64,000 nt of DNA from an uncultured delta proteobacterium (GCA_963796685.1 CAWCMR010000009.1:128001-192000); one strand, 5' to 3'. Counted from the first letter of the stretch, positions 1-9,325 are shown. The notes: generated by a model from the sequence alone, not told the origin. Translations and numbers: made by a program.

Positions 1-2
1 AT

Positions 3-165
3 GTTGAGCCGGCGCAACCGCGCGGGCCTGGGCGGCCGTTTCTGCCCGGTCAGTCGGGCAATCCTTCGGGACGGCCGAAGAGTCTTGCGGTACTGGAAGC
101 ACAAATCCGAGAATTGCACGGCCCCCTGGCAATCGAAGTGCTCGAAAAGCTGCGTGGCCTTGCTG
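3..165 (+). pseudogene. DUF5681-like (phage terminase small subunit-associated) gene fragment
   Basis: Frame 3 reads VEPAQPRGPGRPFLPGQSGNPSGRPKSLAVLEAQIRELHG. The PFxPGQSGNPxGRPK motif is the DUF5681 signature. The start may lie outside the window; the frame runs into an unrelated fragment at ~160. Confidence 0.65.
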
Positions 166-360
166 GACGACGGTGCCGCCCGCGCTTGGGCCTCCCGCCT
201 CGGACTTCGCTGCGTGGGCACGGTCGGGATCCTCATCGAAGCGAAGCGATGCGGGCATCTTCAGCGAGTGCGACCAGAACTAGATCGCCTCGCCCAACTT
301 GGTTTTCGGATGGCAGCGCACCTTCGCCAATATGCGCTTGCGGAATCTGGGGAAGAGTAG
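157..360 (+). pseudogene. DUF3368 / PIN-like protein, C-terminal fragment
   Basis: ALLDDGAARAWASRLGLRCVGTVGILIEAKRCGHLQRVRPELDRLAQLGFR...GE matches the DUF3368 C-terminus; the N-terminal half is absent. Confidence 0.75.
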
Positions 361-377
361 CCCCGCTCGCTTCGCTC

Positions 378-680
378 AGCTTCCAAGGCGAGGGCTGCGC
401 CATCGCCAGGGCGTCGGCGTCCATGATGACGTCGGTGGTGAAGGGAAAGTCCTTGGCCGACGCCTCCGAGACCTTCAAGCGCTTCCGCCAGATGATCACC
501 GGCGGCCAGGATCCCTGCTTCGACCTCGAAGACCTGGGCAAGCTCGCCGCGTTCTCCGACGTAAGCGCGTTCCCCGTGCGGGTCAAGTGCGCAAGCCTCG
601 CCTGGCACACCTTGAACGCGGCCATGCACGAGACCACGACCGAGCCCACCAGCGGCAGCGAGCCCAGCAAGGAGCCCTAA
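378..680 (+). pseudogene. sufU: SufU/IscU-type Fe-S scaffold, 5'-truncated
   Basis: SFQGEGCAIARASASMMT...GKLAAFSDVSAFPVRVKCASLAWHTL; the N-terminal segment with the first Cys (NPxCGD) is missing. Confidence 0.85.
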
Positions 681-682
681 AA

Positions 683-1078
683 GTGACGGCGGCCCCCGAT
701 CCCCAGCCCGCACCCGACCCGCCCCCCGACCCGCCATCGGGCTCCACCGCCAACGATGCGGCCACCGCCCAGTTGGAGCGCCTGGTGTGGCAGGAGCTGC
801 GCGAGTGCTACGACCCGGAGATCCCCGTCAACATCGTGGAGCTGGGGCTCGTCTACGCCATGAGGACCGAGCCCCTGCCCGAGGGCGGCCACCGGGTCGA
901 GGTCCTCATGACCGTGACCTCTACTGCCTGTGGCATGTCCGAGATCCTGCGCAGCGAGGCCGACGCGCGCATTCGCAAGCTGCCCGGCGTGGCGCAGGTC
1001 GAGGTCGCCATCACCTTCGACCCGACCTGGACCCCCGAGCTCATGAGCGACGACGCGCGCATGATGCTGAATTTGTGA
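683..1078 (+). CDS. sufT: DUF59/SufT-family Fe-S cluster assembly protein
   Basis: YDPEIPVNIVELGLVY, MTVTSTACGM and FDPTWTPELMS motifs; GTG start 2 nt after the sufU stop. Confidence 0.85.
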   Translation: MTAAPDPQPAPDPPPDPPSGSTANDAATAQLERLVWQELRECYDPEIPVNIVELGLVYAMRTEPLPEGGHRVEVLMTVTSTACGMSEILRSEADARIRKLPGVAQVEVAITFDPTWTPELMSDDARMMLNL

Positions 1079-1079
1079 C

Positions 1080-2900
1080 TGGAGAGAGCGCAGAGGGCGG
1101 AGGAGGGCGCGGAGGGCGGAGAAGCTCGGGAAGGTTTTGCCGACCGTGGCCGTGCCTCACCCACACAACGCCCGACACCCGCATCACGCACCTTCCGTGA
1201 CCTGCTTGCCGAGAACCCTCCTTCATGGAGGCAGCCGCATGCGCAAAACCTGCGACCGGCTACACCTATGCCCGCCGGGAGCCGGAGAAGACCGCGCTCT
1301 TCCAGGTGCTCCAGCAGCACCTGCTCACCTTCGAGCAAGAGTGGACCGACAAGTCCGACGGCCGCACGCTGCCCAGCTTCGTCACCGACGAGCTACACGA
1401 CTTTCTAGGGTGCGGAATCTTGGCGCGAGGCTTCGCACAATTCTTGTGCAAAACCTGCCACGAGCGGTACGTTGTGGCCTGGAGCTGTAAGGGTCGTGGC
1501 TTCTGTCCGAGCTGCGGAGGCAGACGCATGAACGCGGGTGCGCTGACTCTGGTCGATCACGTGCTGCCCGAAGTGCCCATCCGACAATTCGTGCTCACCC
1601 TGCCTTTCCCGCTGAGATTTCCCTTGGCCTTCGACGGGAAATTGCTGGGCCAAGTCCTGCGCATCTTCATCGACACCGTCGCGTCCAACTATCGCAAGCG
1701 CCTGGCAGATCGGGGCATCCCCGACGGCGAGTGCGGCGCCGTCACGGTCATCCAGCGCGCCAACAGCGACCTGCGTCTCTCACCGCATTTTCACGTTCTC
1801 CAGCTCGATGGAGCGTACGCCCCTGGGCCCGACGGCGGTGCGCCCATCTTCCACCCGGCTCCGGAACTTACCCAAGAGGACATCCTTGCCATCGTCGCGC
1901 GCGCCAGTAAGCGCATCCTCCGCTTCCTCCAACGTCGCGGGGTCATCACCCTGGTGACCGCGCCAGGCGACGGCGAGATCACCGTCGTCACCGACGAGAC
2001 CATCGGCGAGAAGGATCCGCTCCTGGCTCGCTTGTTGGCCGCCGCCACCGCTGGCGCCTCGCCTGCCGGCCCTGCGCACAAGCGGGCTCCCGTGCGCATC
2101 GTGCTCGACCCTGGCGCCACGCCCGTGGCCAAGGGCAAACTATGCGGCCAGCAAGCAGGCTTCAACCTGCATGCTCAAACCAAAGTCGCCGCCAACGACA
2201 AGAAGGGTCGCGAAAACCTGTGCAAGTACATCTTGCGCCCGCCTCTCGCCAATGACCGCCTCAAGATCCTCGACGACAAAACCGTCAGGCTCGACTTCAA
2301 GAAGCCCTGGTCGGATGGCACATCGTCGGTCGACCTTGCGCCGCTCGCCCTCATTGCGAGGCTAGCCGCGATCATCCCTCCTCCTCGTCGCCATGTCGTC
2401 AGATATTCGGGGGTTATCTCCTCGCACAGCTCTCTCCGCAGCCAGGTCGTCCCCGTCCCCGCCGTGGCGGCACCCGAGGAAAAGGACAAGCCTTCACTGC
2501 CGCTCTCGCACTATATTTCTTGGAGCCAGCTCCTCAAAAAGACATTCGAGATCGACACCGTCTGCCCTCGCTGCAAGAGCCCGCTGCATCTCATCGCCAT
2601 GATCGAGACCGAGGACACCATCAAGAAGATTCTCAAAGCCATGGGACTGCCTACCGAGGCGCCCAAACTCCGGCCTGCACGACCGCCGCCCTCGCAATCT
2701 GGTGGCGAGGGCGGAGACTGGCTGAACTGACGGCACGTCGACCAGGGCGGGTTGGAGTAGACTGCCCTGCGTGCTCAAGAAAGACCCCGCCAGGCCCCAG
2801 AAACCCGGTCACGTGCGCTGCGCAGACGTGATCGGGGCCGACATAACGCGTCCCGGCAGGGTTCTCAGACGCTCAAAAACCCCCTTCGAATCGCCTATGG
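1080..2900 (+). mobile_element. IS91-family (ISCR-like) rolling-circle insertion sequence; ends approximate
   Basis: Contains the transposase below. Downstream ...aaaaacccccttcgaatcgcctat (~2875-2898) resembles ISCR oriIS ends and abuts a truncated gene. The terIS position is uncertain. Confidence 0.7.
1225..2730 (+). CDS. IS91-family transposase (Zn-binding domain + HUH/Tyr domain)
   Basis: CGILARGF...CKTC...SCKGRGFCPSC zinc domain, HUH motif PHFHVL, LCKYILRP catalytic Tyr, WSDGT, and C-terminal CPRC. Confidence 0.95.
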   Translation: MEAAACAKPATGYTYARREPEKTALFQVLQQHLLTFEQEWTDKSDGRTLPSFVTDELHDFLGCGILARGFAQFLCKTCHERYVVAWSCKGRGFCPSCGGRRMNAGALTLVDHVLPEVPIRQFVLTLPFPLRFPLAFDGKLLGQVLRIFIDTVASNYRKRLADRGIPDGECGAVTVIQRANSDLRLSPHFHVLQLDGAYAPGPDGGAPIFHPAPELTQEDILAIVARASKRILRFLQRRGVITLVTAPGDGEITVVTDETIGEKDPLLARLLAAATAGASPAGPAHKRAPVRIVLDPGATPVAKGKLCGQQAGFNLHAQTKVAANDKKGRENLCKYILRPPLANDRLKILDDKTVRLDFKKPWSDGTSSVDLAPLALIARLAAIIPPPRRHVVRYSGVISSHSSLRSQVVPVPAVAAPEEKDKPSLPLSHYISWSQLLKKTFEIDTVCPRCKSPLHLIAMIETEDTIKKILKAMGLPTEAPKLRPARPPPSQSGGEGGDWLN

Positions 2901-2903
2901 CCT

Positions 2904-3296
2904 GCCTGGTCGAAGGGGCGAGCGATCTTCGCGAGCGGTAGCCCCTTCCCTCCGTGCGCCGTCGGATCCAAGGTCATGATTCCCGGGCAGGCCAACAATT
3001 GCTACATCTTTCCGGGCGTGGGACTTGGCATCGTGGCGGCAGAAGCCCGGCACGTCACCGACCGGATGTTCGCGCAGGCCGCTCGCGCCCTGGCATCTGC
3101 CGCCCGTGAAGAAGATCTCGAAGTTGGGCGCATCTATCCCGAGCTCAAGCGAATTCGCGAAGTCTCTGCTCGGATTGGCGTCGCTGTTGCCGAAATCGCC
3201 TTCGAAAGCGGTTTGGCTGGCGTGAAACGTCCAGCGAGCATATCCGAGTTGGTCGAGGCCAAGATGTGGTTACCCAATTACGAGTGCTTTGCTTAA
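2904..3296 (+). pseudogene. NAD(P)-dependent malic enzyme, C-terminal fragment
   Basis: AWSKGRAIFASGSPFPP...PGQANNCYIFPGVGLG...GRIYPEL...MWLPNY; only ~130 aa remain, cut at the IS91 end. Confidence 0.9.
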
Positions 3297-3392
3297 ATGC
3301 CGGGCTACCGCCAAACCATCGGAGCGCGCACTTACCGCTTCACGAGTCTCGCCACGCTGCTGGCGCGCGCCAGCCCACGCAAGTCCGGCGAC
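3297..3392 (+). pseudogene. eutB: Ethanolamine ammonia-lyase large subunit, first ~32 codons only
   Basis: MPGYRQTIGARTYRFTSLATLLARASPRKSGD matches the EutB N-terminus (..LLAKAxPxRSGD); it directly follows the malic enzyme stop (TAAATG). Confidence 0.75.
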
Positions 3393-3397
3393 GACAA

Positions 3398-3717
3398 TGG
3401 GGGGTCTGCCGTGACCTCTTTCCCACCTTGGAATCGCTTTGTGCCGCAGTCTCAGCATCCCGGCTCGAATGGTAGTAAGTTATGTCTTCGGGCTTCATCC
3501 CATGGATCTGCATGCTTGGTTCGAGGCTTACGTGGGGGGCCGCTGGTACGCCTTCGACGCAACGCAAACCGAGATGCGAGGTGGCTACGTGGCGATCGGC
3601 TATGGCCGAGATGTGGCGGACGTGGCTGTCTACAACCAGTTCGGCCCCGCCTGCTATCCAACGTCGCAGGATGTTCGCGTTCAGCGAATCGACGACAGGA
3701 ACAGAGCCGTTTCATGA
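3398..3717 (+). pseudogene. Transglutaminase-like protein, C-terminal fragment with frameshift
   Basis: GVCRD / [38 protein letters not shown]...GRDVADVA. Confidence 0.85.
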
Positions 3718-3750
3718 CCCCCTTCACGAAAAGGAGATTGGGGGTGAAAC

Positions 3751-4602
3751 TTGCAACGATATAGGATCTTCCATCGCACCTACTACAACTACTCCGCCGA
3801 TGTGACCCTTGGTCCACATGAGTTGCTCCTACGGCCAAGAGAAGGCCATGATCTCCGCATTGAATCGCTGGTCTTGAAGATCAACCCCACTCCGACCTTG
3901 CTTTGGCATCGTGATGTGGAGGGGAATTCTGTCGCGATCGCGACTTTCAGTCTGCCCACGCGCCAGCTCGTCATCGAGAGCGAGGCCATCATCCAGCAGT
4001 TCAACGAATCTCCTCTCGACTTTCTGGTGGTCGATTACGCGATAGACTACCCCTTCGCCTATCGACCTGACGACCGCATCCTATTGTCGCCCTATATGGC
4101 ATTTCCCCGCCAAGACACGTTCGACCTGGTGACCCAATGGATTGCCAATTTTTGGCAACCCGGCGAGAAGATCCAGACCTATACTCTGTTGCAGCGACTC
4201 GCCAGTCACATCAACAAGACGCTTGCTTATCGCCTCAGAGAAGAACCTGGCGTTCAGCGTGTCCGGCAAACGCTATCGTTCGGAAATGGATCTTGTCGTG
4301 ATTTCGCCGCGCTCTTCATGGAAGCCGCGAGATGCCTTGGGCTGGCCTCACGGTTCGTGAGTGGGTATCTGCATACGCCGCTAATGGTTGACAGAATCGG
4401 AGCAACGCATGCATGGGCCGAGGTCTACTTGCCAGGCGCCGGGTGGAAGGGATTCGACCCAACGATCGGTAAGATCGCCGGCACCGACCACATCACGGTG
4501 GCCGTGGCAAGGTTGCCCGAGTCGGTGCCCCCCATAGCGGGTTCCTTCTTCGGAGCTCCACACTCTGATCTCAATGTCGGAGTCTGGGTCAGCAGGTGCT
4601 GA
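3751..4602 (+). CDS. Transglutaminase family protein (Bact_transglu_N + core)
   Basis: YRIFHRTYYNY...LRPREGHD N-terminal domain; GSCRDFA, FVSGY, HAWAEVYLPGAGWKGFDPT catalytic motifs. Confidence 0.92.
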   Translation: MQRYRIFHRTYYNYSADVTLGPHELLLRPREGHDLRIESLVLKINPTPTLLWHRDVEGNSVAIATFSLPTRQLVIESEAIIQQFNESPLDFLVVDYAIDYPFAYRPDDRILLSPYMAFPRQDTFDLVTQWIANFWQPGEKIQTYTLLQRLASHINKTLAYRLREEPGVQRVRQTLSFGNGSCRDFAALFMEAARCLGLASRFVSGYLHTPLMVDRIGATHAWAEVYLPGAGWKGFDPTIGKIAGTDHITVAVARLPESVPPIAGSFFGAPHSDLNVGVWVSRC

Positions 4603-4609
4603 CGAGTTG

Positions 4610-4825
4610 GTTGTCGACGACGGTGGCCAAAAGCTTGCGGCCCAATTCCTTGCCCAAGACGGCCAGACGACGTCGATCCGCGCCCGTGGGGCCGAGTTTC
4701 CGGCCGCCGAGCTTCTCCTTGAGGATTTTGATTCTCGGCAATGAGGTAGTCGACCTGCTCTTGTGAGGCGCCCGCGAACCACACCCGAGCCAGGCTGCCA
4801 AGAACTGCAGCGGCAACGGCAGCAT
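4610..4825 (-). pseudogene. Integrase-core (rve) type transposase, N-terminal remnant
   Basis: MLPLPLQFLAAWLG / QEQVDYLIAEN / ILKEKLGGRKL...DRRRLAVLGKELGRKLL spread over frameshifts; paralogous to the remnant at 9990-10420. Confidence 0.75.
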
Positions 4826-4854
4826 CGAACCGAGCGCCTCGGCCTTCTTCCTGC

Positions 4855-6135
4855 TCACGGGCTGCCTTTTACAACTTTTCGAGCCAGCTGCATGTCCATC
4901 ACGACCTTCGCCAACCTACGAAATGCCCTTGGCTCTTCTTCGATCTTGTTTTGGTACCGGACGGCCTCGGACTTTACTCAGCTGGCAGCGCAAATCCCCA
5001 CGAATTGCGATACTCGAGCTCCGAGACGGTCCATATTCAGCGGTGTCCTCTGGACATCCCTGTACCGCCCCACGAACTCCAGAATTTCTTCGGGAATGCC
5101 CTCATGGTCCAGAACCAGGGCCTCAGCGAACTCGTCTCTTCCACGTTTGGTGGATACCCCTTCCACCCGCACTGGACACCAGGACCCCGGTGGAAACGAT
5201 GTAGGCTCGCCAAGATCGGGTAGGCTCACTTTTGCGTAGAGAGTGCCATATTTCCCGAGTGTGACAGCGTCTCGCCAGGATATGAGTGATGTTCCACCGT
5301 ATAGATTCTCAAAATCATCTTCACCGCAGCGCCTAATCAAGAACCATTGCACGGTCACGATAGGCTCGGTTGTCCGCCGTTGATCGATTCGTACCACGAA
5401 GGGAACCGCTTTGTAGGAATCGTCCTGCCGGTCGAAGGAGAACCGCTTTTCTAGCGCACATAGCTCGGGAAACTTTGGCAGCGGAAGCGCCTCACCTACC
5501 TTCTGCAGACAGAGCGCCTTCCGCAGGGAATCGATCTTGGGCGCAAAATTCTCTATTGACCCCGCCTCTACGCGGAGGCCCCAAGTCTCCTCGCTGTAGT
5601 CGAATTTGACCTGATCGCACCGTGGCGCCAGCTCACCTTCCGAGCAGAGTCGCATGCCCAACGTATGAAACGAGCAGAAGTTATCCCTTGGGGCCAATAC
5701 GGCCCTCGCAATGACGACATCCTGGAGAAGAATCTCGAGCGCGATGTAGGACTTTCCGCGGTACGAGAGCATGCCTTGGCCCACGAAGTCAGCTCGATCA
5801 CAAGATCTAACCCACGGGTATTCCCATGGTCCAGTGGGCTCGCCCGGTCGCCGGCGCTTTGCATGCTGCTTTGCGGGCGGCAGCACCTCTTCCGCCGCCT
5901 CGATGTCCGTCTTCGGGCTGGCAACCACAACCGGAGCGGATGATGGATCTGCTGGTGGTGCCGGCGACAAGGAGGCCATCGCCGGGGCCGTCAGCAGTGG
6001 TAAAGTGGCAGGATTGGCAGGTGGAAGAAGAGTCACCCGACCGCCAGAAAGGGAATTCAGCAGACCGCTCCCTGCGCAGTAGCCAAAGATCCTGGCTAGC
6101 TCCCACATCAGATTTGGCTTGTCATCGTTGGTCAT
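4855..6135 (-). CDS. Hypothetical protein with Pro/Ala linker; in-frame TGA at 4978-4980 followed by 40 more sense codons (possible pseudogene)
   Basis: Long ORF in a more AT-rich tract with no recognised motif. The likely start is MTNDDK (6135), because the ORF-track start overlaps att-arm-like repeats. Confidence 0.6.
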
Positions 6136-6336
6136 CCTAGTTTTCGACACTTGAAATCCCCTCCAAGTCGGCGACATCGCCGCCCAGTCTCGTTGCCATT
6201 CTGTTGCCATGACCGTGCATCCACGGGCGGAACCAGACGGAACGCTGTGGAACGGCGCGGGACCGCCTCGATGAATGATTTCCGAGGGTTACCGGCCAAG
6301 GTCCCGTCCCGCCTCAGGTTTTCGGAAACCCTCTAG

Positions 6337-6361
6337 CGGGGGCAGTACCCGGCGCCTCCAC
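6337..6361 (+). other. 3' fragment of tmRNA (or tRNA-Ala): candidate att site of an integrative element
   Basis: cggg-ggcagta-cccg T-arm followed by g-cgcctcc-a-c, the acceptor 3' strand able to form G3.U70 with discriminator A. No 5' half is present upstream. GTTGCCAT direct repeats lie at 6192-6199 and 6203-6210. Confidence 0.65.
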
Positions 6362-6550
6362 GACAATTTCAACTACTTACATCTATTTCTTCTTCTGTTA
6401 CCGTGTGGTTGCCTCATGCGAGGCGTTAGTATCGAGCAGGGCAACGGTTGTCCTTCGCCAGGTCGTCGTCCGCGCCGCCATTTTTCCGACGGTGGCGACG
6501 ATTGGAGATCGGGTCGACCGCAACTACCGACCTTCATGCATGATCCAGGC

Positions 6551-6760
6551 ATGGCCGCCCTGTTCATGAGCCTCCTTAGAGCGTTGCGTTACGCCTTCCG
6601 AACCCGTGCGGAGTTGGCGCTCGAAAACCTCGCCCTCCGGCAGCAGCTGGCCAACATCCGCCACACGTCGGGTCGGCCCCGTATCTGCATGGCAGACCGG
6701 GCTTTCTGGCTTGTTCTGTCGCGCCTGTGGTCGCGCTGGACGGGCGTACTGCTCTTGCGC
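6551..6760 (+). pseudogene. Integrase-core (rve) type transposase, N-terminal remnant (second subfamily)
   Basis: RTRAELALENLALRQQLA...RPR...DRAFWLVLSRLWSRW, then truncated. Confidence 0.8.
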
Positions 6761-6792
6761 TCTGAGGGGCTGTACTCCTCGCACTGACTCTG

Positions 6793-7440
6793 ATGTTGGC
6801 AGGCTTCCTCGGGCTGGCCTGCGGTCAAAACCAATCCGACTCACCGGCATCGACCGGTGGCTCTCGGGCCTCGACAAGTGTGCCGGGCTCGGGGGGCTCC
6901 GGCGGGGCTACCTTTGGCTCGGGCACCAGCGCCTCGGTAGGCGGCGGAGCCAGCGGCGGGATGAGCGGCACAGGAGGAACGACCTGCCCCTGGGGCTGCC
7001 CAGCCGACGATTTGCTGTGTCCGGGCGGCACAGCTGGTCACGATGTGTGTGGTTGCGCGATCTGCGCTCAGCCCGATGCAGGCGTGGCCAAGGACGGTGG
7101 TCGCGACGTCGTTTGCGGTCCGACGTGCGACATCTATTGTCCATATGGGAACAAGGTAGACGACAACGGTTGTCCTCTCTGTTCCTGTAACCCTGCGCTG
7201 TCGTCCGACGGTGGTGCTCGTGACGCCAGCTGCCCGCCTATTGCCTGCCCCGCCATCGCGTGCGTGGCCGGCTGCCCTTGCGGATATCAAACTGGTCCTG
7301 CCCCATGTGGCTGCCCTTCGTGCGCCCCACCGCCAATTCATGCGAGAATTGCCACGATCCTTTTCCGGACACTGCGGGTCTGTGGCGTCGCCGAGGCGAT
7401 GTCTGTCATCACGAAAGCATCACCAACCTGGGCTCGCTAG
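6793..7440 (+). CDS. Cys-rich lipoprotein with antistasin-like repeats; both ends probably damaged
   Basis: Lipobox LGLAC, Gly/Ser linker, CGPTCDIYCPYGNKVDDNGCPLCSC (7114-7188) plus two degenerate repeats. An in-frame stop at 6763 clips the signal peptide, and the tail after ~7333 reads into IS-end-like sequence. Confidence 0.7.
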   Translation: MLAGFLGLACGQNQSDSPASTGGSRASTSVPGSGGSGGATFGSGTSASVGGGASGGMSGTGGTTCPWGCPADDLLCPGGTAGHDVCGCAICAQPDAGVAKDGGRDVVCGPTCDIYCPYGNKVDDNGCPLCSCNPALSSDGGARDASCPPIACPAIACVAGCPCGYQTGPAPCGCPSCAPPPIHARIATILFRTLRVCGVAEAMSVITKASPTWAR

Positions 7441-7763
7441 CAAAATCCTCAACGATATTAAGGCTGTCGAAGTTGCTCAAACGCCCCGCACACAGCTGAG
7501 CGCGACGCTGGATGCCAATAGCGCCACTACCCTCGTGGGCAAGCCATGAATCGGCAGTCGCGCGGGATTCTTGGACCCGCGAAGCCCTTCTTGTCCAGCC
7601 CGCGCGCACGATCCCAGACACCGGAGAATAATCTTTCCAAGAAAGCCAGTCATCGGACAGTACCTGACAAGTGATCCAAGTTCTTCATAGTCTCAAGGCG
7701 GCATCGGCAAATTCTCTTGGGCAGCGACACTCGAGCGGAGTCTTCCGCATCAAGGATGACAAG

Positions 7764-9302
7764 ATGCGATCAGTAACTATCGTCACCGGTTCGACCATCT
7801 TCTTTGTGCTTCTGGGCTGCAGCAGCGGTGGCTCCGGCGGCGGAACGGGGACCGGGGGGACCTCTGGAGGTGGCAGCGACGGGCGCTTGGGCAGTGGTGG
7901 CGCTCCAGGCACCGGCGACGCGACAGCGAGTGGCGGGGCTTCGGGCAGTGGTGGCGCTCCAGGCAGTGGCGGCGCTCCAGGGAGTGGCGGGGCTTCGGGC
8001 AGTGGTGGCGCCTCAGGCAGTGGTGGCGCAACGGGAAACGGAGGCGTCCCAGGCAGTGGCGGCGCTCCAGGCACTGGCGGCGCGACCGGCACCAGCGGTG
8101 TCACGGGTAGTGGCGGCGCTACGGGCAGTGGCGGCGCTACGGGCAGTGGCGGCGCTCCAGGCAGTGGCGGCGCTCCAGGCACTGGCGGCGCGACCGGCTC
8201 GGGTGGCGCAATCGGCCGTGGCGGTGCGACCGGCACTGCCGGCGCGACCGGCACCGGCGGCCTGCTTGGCACTACCGGCGCACTGGGTAGTCAATCGGCG
8301 GTTCAAAGCACCGGTTGCGGCACGACCTCGACGCTGACTTTTGGGAAGGACCCAAACGAAACGGGTGCTGCATGTACCAAGTCTCCAGGCGGGAACTGCT
8401 CGGGGTCGCAGCCTGGCTATGGTGCGGGCGGCTGGCTTACGATTAAGAGCAGCGACTCGGCCAACGGCCGGGGCTTCGACGTGAGGCTTCCCGACAACTA
8501 CGACAACACCAAGCCCTACCCGTTGTTCTTCGGGCTCCACTGGAGGGGCGGCACCGCCAATCAAGTCGACAACGGCGGAAGCAATGGGTACTGGTGGTCC
8601 TATTACGGAATCCAGAGAAAGTCGAACAATGGAGCTATCTTCGTCGCGCCCCAGGGGATCGGCAACGGCTGGTCGGATCCCAGCGACCTGACCTTCGTCG
8701 ACGACATGGTCAGCCTTATCGAGAAGAATTACTGTGTCGACACGACGCGCCTCGTCGCCTCGGGCTTTAGCTGGGGCGCCGGCATGAGCTACGCCATCGC
8801 GTGTGCCCGCGCGAAGGTCTTCCGTGCCGTCGTGCTTTACGAAGGAGGGGTGATCAGCGGATGCGACAATCCGGCAACAGACCCCATCGCCTACATGCAG
8901 ATTGAAGGCCTGACGGACGGCACATTACCTATCTCCGGTTCCTATTCAATGCGCGATAAGTTCGTCACGAACAACGGTTGCACCCCTCTGACCTCGTCAC
9001 TGGACAACCCAGGGACCGCGGCCGAGCCGCCTAATCCTCCTCCCTATTTGAAAACCGGCGGCCATATCTGTACGAACTACGCCGGATGCTCGGCCGGACA
9101 TCCCCTCCGTTGGTGCGTGAGTCAGTCAGACCACGGCCCCGGTCCAATCGATGGGACCTCGGACCTATACAATTCGTGCGCGACATCTCCCGGCTGCTCG
9201 GCCTCGTGCCCTTGTACCTGGACCCCGGATGACGTGTGGTCGTGGTTAACGACGTCGGAACCCGCGGGGACATCATTCCAGACACCGAACGCCACCCAAT
9301 GA
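7764..9302 (+). CDS. Lipoprotein: Gly/Ser/Thr linker + CE1/PHB-depolymerase-like (feruloyl esterase-like) alpha/beta hydrolase
   Basis: Lipobox LLGC; 18-bp (GSGGAP-type) repeats at ~7890-8280; PDNYDNTKPYPLFFGLHW, IFVAPQG, CVDTTR, nucleophile motif GFSWG. Confidence 0.85.
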   Translation: MRSVTIVTGSTIFFVLLGCSSGGSGGGTGTGGTSGGGSDGRLGSGGAPGTGDATASGGASGSGGAPGSGGAPGSGGASGSGGASGSGGATGNGGVPGSGGAPGTGGATGTSGVTGSGGATGSGGATGSGGAPGSGGAPGTGGATGSGGAIGRGGATGTAGATGTGGLLGTTGALGSQSAVQSTGCGTTSTLTFGKDPNETGAACTKSPGGNCSGSQPGYGAGGWLTIKSSDSANGRGFDVRLPDNYDNTKPYPLFFGLHWRGGTANQVDNGGSNGYWWSYYGIQRKSNNGAIFVAPQGIGNGWSDPSDLTFVDDMVSLIEKNYCVDTTRLVASGFSWGAGMSYAIACARAKVFRAVVLYEGGVISGCDNPATDPIAYMQIEGLTDGTLPISGSYSMRDKFVTNNGCTPLTSSLDNPGTAAEPPNPPPYLKTGGHICTNYAGCSAGHPLRWCVSQSDHGPGPIDGTSDLYNSCATSPGCSASCPCTWTPDDVWSWLTTSEPAGTSFQTPNATQ

Positions 9303-9325
9303 TGCCTACACGCAGCTGAGTTTCG

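Noticed and set aside
4978-4980. Selenocysteine recoding of the in-frame TGA
   Set aside because: No redox-motif context and no convincing SECIS hairpin directly downstream; a nonsense mutation is simpler.
7333-7400. Third copy of the 148-bp element
   Set aside because: The similarity (gtgtccggaaa...aattct.gca.gaatt.gcgg, inverted) is to 9897-9939, outside the 148-bp unit; it is better explained as a leftover rve-type IS end.
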